Source of the DNA: Asterionella formosa
Taxonomy: Eukaryota
NCBI GenBank assembly: GCA_002256025.1
Contig: NKIB01000207.1
Location: 1-34,531 of the forward strand
DNA: 34,531 nt
Reading direction: 5' to 3'
The position numbers were made by a program, and so were the translations under genes. The first letter of the stretch is position 1; every line of letters starts with the position of its first letter. The notes below the pieces were generated by a model, which saw nothing but the letters and a program-made list of their open reading frames with translations, did no database searches and was not told where the DNA came from. Positions 22,201 to 31,094 of the stretch are shown here, in pieces.

Positions 22201-22749
22201 AAAGCTCACGCTGGATTTCCTGTGTTGAGTCAAGGTGCGTCCTGTTGTCGGGATATTAAGCTCATCAACCAGCTGATTCAGGATTTTTAGTCCCAAAATG
22301 CAGTGGTCGACTGTCGCCTGCAAAAACTTTGTCACGTCGTCGGCAAGCTCCCTATGTGTAGGATCATCAAACCATCCTAGCTTGGTGATTCGACAGACAA
22401 GTTTGATCAGTGAACTAACAACAAAGTCCTGCATGGAAGGCCCCTTATTTGCCAAGTAGCCAAGGACATAATTTCTGATATCGATACGCTGCAGTACTGT
22501 AAAAGAGTTCCAGTAGTTGGTGATAAGTTCTGTGAGGCTGTTTGCGGCGACAAGACGAGCGTACGGGGAAGTCGATGTATCCAGAATAAATTGACATTGT
22601 GGAATGAATTCAGCCGATGACTGAAGACTCAGTAGCCGTGCCTGAGCATCTTGGCGCGAAATCGGCTTTCCGTCTTCTGATGTGGAAGGAGTTCCAGAGT
22701 ATAGCGTTTCGCACAACGCTTCGACTTGAGCAAGTTGCTGAGCATCCAT
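19227..22749 (-). CDS. XPO7: Exportin-7 / Ran-binding protein 16 (importin-beta family), 1120 aa, 3 exons
   Basis: Exons 22749-22128, 22052-19630 and 19544-19227. GT-AG introns 22127-22053 and 19629-19545 give an in-frame 3363-nt CDS. Motifs LAQVEALCETLY, RITKLGWFD, CLNFDFIGT..DES.ED..TIQ.P.SWR, RLKANYQLSELV, NHWSVMRPML, NRDRFTQKL. Confidence 0.95.
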
Positions 22750-23083
22750 TTTTAAAATAGTAAAAAAGTAAAACGGAGCACAAACAGAAAGGATTTCGGC
22801 AAAGCCACAGCCAATGAGTCTTCCTTTCGCTATTCTTCTTGTTCGGTTTTCTGAGCTTCTGCTCGCAGCCACAAATCCAACGAGACGCTGAGAGTCCAGG
22901 AAGCGTTAAAGAGAGCGAAAGAGGAAACTAAAACCGACTCGTTCTGATCGTCAAACTTCAAATAATATATTATTAAATACTGGTATGTCTATGGGCCATT
23001 TCAGGATTCTAGATGATGTACGACGTTATTGTTTCTATCGACCTGTCGTCGTTGCATATGAGGATGTGGTTATGATATGGAAG

Positions 23084-23749
23084 TACCAGGGGTACCTGGT
23101 ACTGTGGTATTACATGTAAATATATACCGGCAGATTATTCGAGGCGGCTCGAAATCTTGCTTTTATTGTTTTCCGGGGTAACAGTAATGTTCAATTGGAC
23201 TGAAGAAACGACAGCCAAGCAACGACCAGCAACGACCTCGTCGTAAAAATGACTCGTACAGGAGTACCGGGCAGAAGTGGATGACAAAATAGTTTTGTAT
23301 CGCTTGTTTTTGGATATATATTGTTGTACCCTAGCCTACTCAATATCCTATTATGTAGCTAACGGTAAGTTGCGGTCATTTTGCTTAAAGAAATAATTTA
23401 ATATGGGATAAAGACAGCTAAATTGTTGGATTCAGCACAATTACCGCAATTCGCTCGTACCGCCAAAGCATATACCAGTTACCAGTACCAGGTACCCTAC
23501 ATTCTAGATGTCTTTAGACTACCGGTATTACCAGGACGCTGTACCAAGTACCAGGGACGTGGTACGTGGTACTTGTACACGCCTGTGTCCATCAGCCTTT
23601 ATCTGGTGCTGATGTGTGCGTGGCCCCCATTGCCTTGCATAGATTAAGATTCCCTGGTCCCGTTTCAGTCATCATTATCTGCGTGAATGTGGTCAGACAG
23701 ACATGCATAGCATGGTAACATTTAGTACCAGGTACCAGGTACCTGGTGC
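23084..23749. repeat. Cluster of TA-flanked CC..GG micro-units upstream of XPO7
   Basis: TACCAGGGGTACCTGGTA (23084-23101); TACCAGTTACCAGTACCAGGTA and TACCGGTATTACCAGG (23473-23535); TACCAGGTACCAGGTACCTGGTG (23726-23748). Confidence 0.8.
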
Positions 23750-24288
23750 CACTCCTAGTACATCGAATAATATACTCGTAGGATTTGGTAATAAGTGTAG
23801 CTAGCTACCAAATGTGGATAGGGAATGACTCAGAGGACTAAGATATAGTAATAGTTCGCACTGTTCTGACTTGGTGGGCAGGTGGATCATGAAAAAATGG
23901 CTTGGCGGCTACTAGGAGGCCTTCACATGGTTCAATTCTATAAATCGGCAAAACAATGAGATAACTATATCTGAGCCTGGTCCACATATGTTAACCCCTT
24001 CCTGCCAGCCAGTTGGCTAATCCTTCAACTGTCACAACTGCTTCCTTTCAGGACTTGGTATGACACAAAGCTTATTGTTAGTAGCATTTACTTCAGAGCA
24101 TGCTCGTCTGCACAAATGTCCTCATTTGCTTTTGCCTTACGTTTCACCAACAAGAAGAATCAAGATTCCCTGGTCCCGCCTCAGTCATCATTATCTGCGT
24201 GAATGTGGTCAGACATGCATAGCATGGTAACATTTAGTACTACCCTTACCACATATATACTCTTAGGATTCGGTAATAAGTGTAGCTA
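23646..24288 (+). repeat. Direct repeat pair, 23646-23803 and 24162-24288
   Basis: AAGATTCCCTGGTCCCG..TCAGTCATCATTATCTGCGTGAATGTGGTCAGAC..ATGCATAGCATGGTAACATTTAGTAC is nearly identical in both copies, followed by ATATACTC.TAGGATT.GGTAATAAGTGTAGCTA. Confidence 0.92.
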
Positions 24289-24309
24289 AGTTACAAAGTG
24301 TGACTGACT

Positions 24310-24652
24310 ATTTGTGTTCCAAGTTCCCCATGAAAAGGTCACAGTTTAGAGAGGAACTTTCAGAACAAGTGTTCTCTAAATGGACTCTAGTAACTAGGAA
24401 GCGAACAGATCTAAAGACGAAGTCGATAAATGATTGATTAGACAATTGCAGATATGTCCACCAAATCAAGGAATAGTCAAGAAGCAATTCATAAATAATC
24501 TAGTTTTGATTCTTACTACGATAACTCAGTAAGTAGTCTTTTCAAACAGCATCTGGGCCTAAAGCTGGGACAGGTCAAGATGAGACTACTACATAAGTGA
24601 ATTCAGGAAGAGGATCTAGTTAATCTTAGTTCAAGAAGCTGGGAACACAAAT
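24310..24652. mobile_element. Possible solo-LTR or MITE relic bounded by 11-bp inverted repeat
   Basis: ATTTGTGTTCC (24310-24320) / GGAACACAAAT (24642-24652) with a TG..CA core. A purine run on the minus strand lies just outside the right end. No target-site duplication seen. Confidence 0.3.
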
Positions 24653-25178
24653 GAACCTCACCTCCAAAGATCACCTCTCTTTTGAAACATGCATGAAAAG
24701 AAACTAAACATTAAAATTTTCATTTCCTTTATGCTTGCTCTCTTAATTGCAATAGCAACCAAAAGCAAAGTAAAACAAAGTAATTTTTACTGTCTTGTAA
24801 GAGGTAGCAGAGGAATATTGCACATACCTCTGATAAAGACATTCAATGGTGAACATCAACAGTAGTATGTTGGAAGATACATATGTCCAATATGTATGTA
24901 TGTGCCAGTACTTCAATATATGGATTAATGACAGACAGCATACCCCTGCAGTATGCTGATGAATTTATAGAGCACATATTAGTAGAAGTAAACAATTGGT
25001 AACTTTATTTCTCTGTGTCTGGCAGCATAAGATGCTTTCGTCATGATATGTTCAGTGCTTGTTAGTATATTTGGAATAGTACCTGTCACCCTGGTACCTG
25101 GAAGCAGCCATCATTCAACTTCAATAGGACAATGAATCGATCATATTATGAGTTGCAAGCCACAAGCAATATTTACAG

Positions 25179-25250
25179 TTACTGGTATGCATATTACTTC
25201 GTGGACAGATCATCTTACTGGTATGCATATTACTTCGTGGACTGATCATC
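25179..25250 (+). repeat. 36-bp tandem duplication (2 copies, 1 mismatch)
   Basis: TTACTGGTATGCATATTACTTCGTGGAC(A/T)GATCATC at 25179-25214 and 25215-25250. Confidence 0.95.
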
Positions 25251-25410
25251 GCTCTATTTTCCACCGAAGGTAGGAGCAAAATGAACACCTACTGCCGGTA
25301 GAACGGAAACACTTGAACGACCCTGTCTAATTGTACCGGCACAATTATACAATCAAGACTATATTGTTTGGTATTGTCACTGTTTTTCTTTCTTATCGTC
25401 TCTCGCTCAC

Positions 25411-27432
25411 ATGGAGCAAAACAGTGCTCCACCGGAGCTACGTGGAATATTCGGAGACAAAGGAGACTCGGCAAACTGGCGCGATGAAATGGACAAGTTT
25501 CCAAACGGAGTACCGCGCTTCGAGTCGGGACCCGAATGTCTTGAGTTTATGAAATGGTACTGCACCAATAATGGTGGATCGAACCCAGATTTCCCTCAAT
25601 TGATGCATATCTTCACCATGTTGATCAACTGGGAGCAGATTGAAACGATTCTGTTACCAAACATTGAGAAAGCACGCAGTGAACCGTCTTTCGCCAGGAA
25701 GGTGCCTCGTGACTACCTGGGCAAGGAGTCGGATCCCTCCTCCAAAAACGTTTATGAAAATCCTGAAAGTCGTGAAGTACTTGATGAAATTTCTTTTCGA
25801 TTGGAATTGCCGATTCATCGATGTACCACGCCAATATCGACGTTGAACACCCTCAAATACCTTTTCTTTCACATGAAGTGTGGCATCTTCGTCATGATTC
25901 GCAATGGCAAGCTCAGGATCTTTGCTCCTTTTGTAAATATTGACTATAGAAATTCATGGGGTGACACGCTTGCCCTAGAAGGAGATGGCTCACTTGATAC
26001 GTACTACTCGAACAAGGCGGGACTTTACAGAGAGGAGCAGATTGAGAGGGACAGGAGCAAGTGGTGGGCGAACGGCAATATAATTTGCAACGAACTGGCC
26101 AAAGATAGCGACAAGGACAAGATGCAGCATTGGGGGGATCATTTCCTGGCACCGCTCCGCGATATGCTTGCTGAAGCGTGCAACACCCGTGAAATACCCG
26201 ACTGTGAGTTCTTTCTCAATAAGCGTGATTACCCCCAATTAAAGGTCAATGTCCCCCGAGGCGGGATCCCAGTTGAGCCATATGGATTTATTTTTGGTAA
26301 GGATGACAGAGATCCAGCGGAAGATGTTGATTTAGTGGAAGAGCACAGCTTTAAATCCTTTGCACCAATCGTATCTTTCTACGCGGCTGCTCCTGATCGG
26401 TTCAGCGATATTCCGTGGCCATCGTCTGAAGATTGGGAAGCTGCCTGTGGTCTAGTATTTCCACCCACGTTCATTCACTCCAAAAATAAGGAAACTGGTG
26501 ATGTTGAATTTGGTAGTAAACCCCGCGACTTATTTACTGAAGCAAACTTTCGAAAGTTCGAGCGCGAGTGGGAAGATAATCGCGTTGCAACCGCCTTTTT
26601 CCGAGGCACTGCTACTGGTGGGGGGACAACCATAGACAACAACCAACGCCTAAAGGTAGCTTATCTCAGCCATGAGTGGAAAGATGATCCAGAAAAGGGA
26701 GGTGAGGAGCCTTTCTTGGATGCCGCAATCGTGGGGTGGAACCTGAGAGACAAGAAGATTGCAGGGGCTCCTATGACTTTCCTGAGGTCAAAGGAATTCG
26801 AATTTACAGCTGGGCGACATCACTTTACACCTATTTACGAGCAGTCGAAATACAAATACTTGGTTTATGTGGATGGTCACTGCGCCGCTTGTCGTTATGG
26901 ATTCATGATGCGCTTGGGAGGTGTCATTTTGAAGGTTGCACCCCGTCAGGTTGCTGACCGAATGTGGTATTTTCCTCTTTTGAAACCTTACCACGATCAT
27001 GTGCCTGTCAATGCAGATTTATCTGACTTGGAGGAGAAAATTCGCTGGTGTCGAGCGAATGACGCAAAGTGCAAGGAGATTGGGCAGAATGCGATAAAGT
27101 TTTATGAAAAATACGTTGGCAAACAAGCTTTGCTCGACTATGTTGAGATGGTGTGCAAAAGCGTGGCGGCGCGATACATGCCTCCGCCCGACTGGTGGAC
27201 ACCAGCCCCCAAGGAAGAATCTCCACCCAAGCTGAGACGTCCTGATGTACCCTGTTATGAAGATAAGCAAAGTGGGCAATCTCGATTGTGTATTCGATGC
27301 CAAGAGGACGAAGAACTGGAAGCCCAACACGAAGCAGAAGATACTGCAAAGGCTGCGGCCCAGAAATCTGACAAAAAATCTACCCGAGCTAAGTTACGTG
27401 AGCGTATGAAGAAGAGAATTAAGCAGTCATAG
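25411..27432 (+). CDS. Glycosyltransferase family 90 (CAP10/KDELC-like) protein without signal peptide
   Basis: 673 aa. PDCEFFLNKRDYP, AFFRGTATG, KYKYLVYVDG..RYGFMM..VILKV..WYFPLLKPYHDHVPV..DLSDLEEKIRWCRAND..IGQNA. An alternative 5' exon is possible (ATG 25281, intron 25298-25424). Confidence 0.88.
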   Translation: MEQNSAPPELRGIFGDKGDSANWRDEMDKFPNGVPRFESGPECLEFMKWYCTNNGGSNPDFPQLMHIFTMLINWEQIETILLPNIEKARSEPSFARKVPRDYLGKESDPSSKNVYENPESREVLDEISFRLELPIHRCTTPISTLNTLKYLFFHMKCGIFVMIRNGKLRIFAPFVNIDYRNSWGDTLALEGDGSLDTYYSNKAGLYREEQIERDRSKWWANGNIICNELAKDSDKDKMQHWGDHFLAPLRDMLAEACNTREIPDCEFFLNKRDYPQLKVNVPRGGIPVEPYGFIFGKDDRDPAEDVDLVEEHSFKSFAPIVSFYAAAPDRFSDIPWPSSEDWEAACGLVFPPTFIHSKNKETGDVEFGSKPRDLFTEANFRKFEREWEDNRVATAFFRGTATGGGTTIDNNQRLKVAYLSHEWKDDPEKGGEEPFLDAAIVGWNLRDKKIAGAPMTFLRSKEFEFTAGRHHFTPIYEQSKYKYLVYVDGHCAACRYGFMMRLGGVILKVAPRQVADRMWYFPLLKPYHDHVPVNADLSDLEEKIRWCRANDAKCKEIGQNAIKFYEKYVGKQALLDYVEMVCKSVAARYMPPPDWWTPAPKEESPPKLRRPDVPCYEDKQSGQSRLCIRCQEDEELEAQHEAEDTAKAAAQKSDKKSTRAKLRERMKKRIKQS

Positions 27433-27476
27433 CCCTTTTGTTGCAAAATACACATTACAGCTATATGAAGCATTTC

Positions 27477-28367
27477 CTATATTGCGGACCAGACCTTTGT
27501 AGAGGCCCTGAGTGACTTGGCTAGATCTAGGCCTTCAGTAAATTCCATGGCGATTCCAAACTTTTTCTCGAGAACGTCACGAAGGGAATCAACGCTGTCG
27601 ATTTCTTCTATAATCTGCTTCGATTCTGGTCCAAACCTAGGCTCAGTCACCTTTAGTCGATTGCCAGCCACAGTTAATTTCTTTGTTCTAGTAACTTTGC
27701 AAACAATCAATTTCTGAGAAAAAATACTCTCTTCGCACTGAACAAATTCAAGATTTTTCTGGAATTCGCACAGCAGCGGATCCAGGCAAATTGCGTCAAC
27801 CTTCCATCGTAGCCTATCTTTCCATTCGCCATCTTTTAGCCACTGCAACGCAACGAAACTGTCTGTATCATGGACTAGCCTAGACAACATACCTTCTGGT
27901 GTTTCTTGAGGCTTGTTGAAGATATATTGCAAAGGGTGTATTGCTGGTTCCCCAAACGCAACATCCACAAACCAGATAGAGTCATCACATTGCATTGTAA
28001 CAAGCAAAATCAAATGTGATGAATTGTCACGATAAGAGCATATTTCAGGTTCAAAGACGTATGCCGGGATGCGCCTCACTCTGTAACCAAGCTCCGAGAG
28101 AAATTCTCCAAGCAATCCATTTAATTCGAAACAAAATCCACCTCGAGATTGTTCCAATATCTTCTGGGCCGTCGTTTCGACGTCCAAACATGCTTTGCCT
28201 CCACGCACCCCATGTTGCGCAAGATTGTCGAATGTGATTTCAGATAAGTGAGCTTCCGTTATGATAGCTAATTTTTCCAACGTGGCATTAGTGTCCAAGA
28301 TTGACGGGTCCAGCTTAAGTCGCCTGTAGTAACGATCACTTAAATGCACTGGTGTGGTAGAGCTCAT
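27477..28367 (-). CDS. Arylamine N-acetyltransferase
   Basis: 296 aa. HLSEITFDNL, RGGFCFELN (catalytic Cys), HLILLV (His), WFVDVAFG (Asp). Confidence 0.93.
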   Translation of the reverse strand: MSSTTPVHLSDRYYRRLKLDPSILDTNATLEKLAIITEAHLSEITFDNLAQHGVRGGKACLDVETTAQKILEQSRGGFCFELNGLLGEFLSELGYRVRRIPAYVFEPEICSYRDNSSHLILLVTMQCDDSIWFVDVAFGEPAIHPLQYIFNKPQETPEGMLSRLVHDTDSFVALQWLKDGEWKDRLRWKVDAICLDPLLCEFQKNLEFVQCEESIFSQKLIVCKVTRTKKLTVAGNRLKVTEPRFGPESKQIIEEIDSVDSLRDVLEKKFGIAMEFTEGLDLAKSLRASTKVWSAI

Positions 28368-28376
28368 GGTCGTGTC

Positions 28377-28585
28377 ACCAGGTACCTGGTACCATTAGAT
28401 TGCTTTTATGTATGAGTTCCAGACGTTTTCCCTTCGCCCAGCCAGCCAGCATGAATCATACATCACGATGATATCTAGTGGACATCATGATCCACAATAC
28501 CGGTACTTTATGTAGGTAGTCCGAGATATATGCAAATTTATTTTTATCATTTTTGTACTGTACTACCGGTATTAAATACCGGTAT
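28377..28585. repeat. TA-flanked CC..GG micro-units upstream of the NAT gene
   Basis: CACCAGGTACCTGGTACCA begins about 10 bp upstream of the ATG. TACCGGTA occurs at 28498, 28564 and 28577. Confidence 0.7.
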
Positions 28586-29475
28586 TTGATTGCTGACTGC
28601 TACCCATCATAGGTGGAACATGATACCTTGTACAATTGGTTAACGAATGAGCATTCACAAAGTGCGTAAGCAAATCTGCTAATGATGAAGTCGAGAAAAC
28701 AAGAGAATAGGGTGGTTTGCATTATATCAGATGAATTCAAAATCTTCCTGGATTATCAGTCATAATTTCAAGATCTAGCTTTGACTGTTGCCGCTTCTGA
28801 AAGCCTTAAAATTATTTATGGTATACTTGCCGGCTTGTACAAGTATCAGCTTCCCTGGTCCCTGGTCCATGCAACAGGTAATAGACTAGATACATGGCAA
28901 GATGGCAACTACATTATGACAATGATTGTACATCCTGTTACATAGGAATGGGAGAGTACATTATCATTATGACCTCCTAGCATTTTGTATCACTCAGGAC
29001 TAATGAGGAGCACTTGAATCATCCTTGTAGTAAATATTTTTAGGCATATATAGCTGTAGTCAGCACCTGATTGGGAAACAATAAACTCTGATATCTGGTT
29101 GGATTCCATTAGCAACCATCAAGGCTCTTGCCTTTGATCATTTTCCAGCACTCTTTCACAAATGAAGAATGTTGAGTCGCCCAAAAGCTCCACTGAAATT
29201 TTGTGGGTGATTCTCCAGCAAGGCTGAGTATTTAGACCACGAGGAGATTGAAAAAGAAAGGATTTTTCTGAGTTCTGCAATCCCACAACCACCTACATCA
29301 GTGCTACTCTACATCGAGAATGCGGGCGAAAGTAGTTTTGCGAAGAAACGACACACAACTTAGCCAGTGACAGCACCATCACCACTCGTGATGGAGGAAG
29401 GATGTTCGTCATAACAGGAATACTTACTATTGTGCACTATGACATAATGTTTGTGAGAAACATCCTTTCGCTTCC

Positions 29476-30420
29476 CTAATGAGAACCGGTAGCTGGCAGA
29501 CCCAGGGCTTGCTTCACAATGTCATAGATTACCAACTGAGACGTTATGATCATGCCGACGTGCACGATACGAGCACTAGTGCCGGTGAAGAAGGCGCTCA
29601 CTCCACCTCTATCCCATATGGTGTTGATGACACCAGGGAAGCTTCCAGGGTTCTTTCCCTTGTATGTTTCGGTCAAGATCATGTCACCGGGCTGACTGAA
29701 GATACAGGCGAAAAGCGAAGCAGCGAAAGCTGACATAACAGACACGAGAAATTTCATGTCCTTGTCGCCGAGCAACGTATACAAAAGCGCAGCAATGATA
29801 TCGAAACTAACTTGCTTGGCCATGGTGTACGGTACTTGCTTCGCCAACATGGCGTAAATTCCTCCAAAAGTGGAGAAGAATCCTTCTTCGCTGATTATTT
29901 TGGTCAAAGCAGCTATCAATCCCTTGTCAGCATATTGAAGGTCGGTCACTTGACGAATCCGAACACTTTCGGCGGGGCACAAGATCATGGAAGCAACAGC
30001 TCCAGCCACGACACTGGCCAGGATGAAAGCCACGGTCGTCGAATCTCCTCCGATCAGCTCTGCAAAGACAGGCTTCAACACTTCGTAGACCCCGAACTTC
30101 ATGGCCCCTTCGATTCCGTAGCCAACAATAGTCGGGCCAAGGCCAGTCAGCAAAGCCTGTGGACCGTCCTCTTTGATGACCGCCAGGGTGGCCTGTGACA
30201 AGGACTTTCCAGCCAGCTTACTGTCAGTCTGCAGTTTGGTCTTGACGACATCGATTGGGGTAGTAATTCCGTGTGAGGTGGCCGCGCAGACTCCTCCTGC
30301 AATAAAGTAGCGATAGTCCATGGACTTGAGAGCATTGGCTGCCGACGCAGCAGCTCCAGCGTCGACGGGGGCGACGTGAGGCAGCACAAGGGCAACGGTC
30401 AGTGTTGATCTGAATCTCAT
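29476..30420 (-). CDS. Mitochondrial-carrier-family phosphate carrier (PiC/SLC25A3-like) with N-terminal signal peptide
   Basis: 314 aa. AGGVCAATSHGITTPIDVVKTKLQ, GLGPTIVGYGIEGAMKFGVYE, LCPAESVRIR, KQVPYTMAK, SQPGDMILT, QLVIYDIVK..LGLP.TG. Confidence 0.92.
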   Translation of the reverse strand: MRFRSTLTVALVLPHVAPVDAGAAASAANALKSMDYRYFIAGGVCAATSHGITTPIDVVKTKLQTDSKLAGKSLSQATLAVIKEDGPQALLTGLGPTIVGYGIEGAMKFGVYEVLKPVFAELIGGDSTTVAFILASVVAGAVASMILCPAESVRIRQVTDLQYADKGLIAALTKIISEEGFFSTFGGIYAMLAKQVPYTMAKQVSFDIIAALLYTLLGDKDMKFLVSVMSAFAASLFACIFSQPGDMILTETYKGKNPGSFPGVINTIWDRGGVSAFFTGTSARIVHVGMIITSQLVIYDIVKQALGLPATGSH

Positions 30421-30518
30421 GGTAAACTGTATCTGCGCTGTTCGTGGTGAGGAGGAGGTTGTGTTGAACTCGAAGATTTGCGGTTGTTGGACGAAACCGA
30501 ATTAAACTTGACAACTGG

Positions 30519-30804
30519 GTACAAGGTAGAGTACTGGTACCGGTATAAAATAATCAGACCAAGCAAAATGGTGACAACATGATTGTATACATCGTCACGT
30601 GCGTATGCATATGTTAGAATAAATACACAAGGTACAAGCAATGAAATAAAGGAAGGTCATAATTCTGGCGGGGCGGGCTCCGGCTCCAAAAGTACCTAGG
30701 GGTACATGTCGTACGTATCTCATGATACCACCATCAGGGTACCAGGGTACCGGTATTTGGCAAAGTTGTGATCGATTCGCTCAAAACAAATACCCGGTAC
30801 TGTA
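30519..30804. repeat. TA-flanked CC..GG micro-units upstream of the carrier gene
   Basis: TACAAGGTA, TACTGGTACCGGTA (30532-30545), TACCAGGGTACCGGTA (30740-30755), TACCCGGTACTGTA (30791-30804). Confidence 0.75.
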
Positions 30805-31094
30805 CAGTGATACACAATACACAATGCGCATTTGCAGTGGTCATAATTATCTAGAGATGCAGTCTAGCAGCACAGTTTTAGTTGTACATCAACTCAATGG
30901 GTGCACTTCCGTCGACTGTCTATATCCAAGGAGCATCACTCCAGCTCTATAATAAAGTAGACTACAATGATGTTGCCTCTGCATCAAGCAAGCAACATTT
31001 GAAATAAGCTTGGATTGGTTTTTCAAATAAAAACAATTCAATTTCTTCACGTTTACCTCTCTACCGGTAACTACCAGGTACAGGAATCGCTATG

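Noticed and set aside
22750..22872. Upstream extension of XPO7 exon 1
   Set aside because: GTG start. The conserved exportin-7 N-terminus begins at MDAQQL (ATG 22749) with an AAA context.
23898..23945. tRNA/SINE-like A and B boxes (TGGCTTGGCGG ... GGTTCAATTC)
   Set aside because: Spacing is too short and no cloverleaf stems can be formed.
28600..29400. AT-rich, CpG-poor spacer between NAT and the carrier gene as a possible TE remnant
   Set aside because: No terminal structures or translatable TE motifs that I can support.
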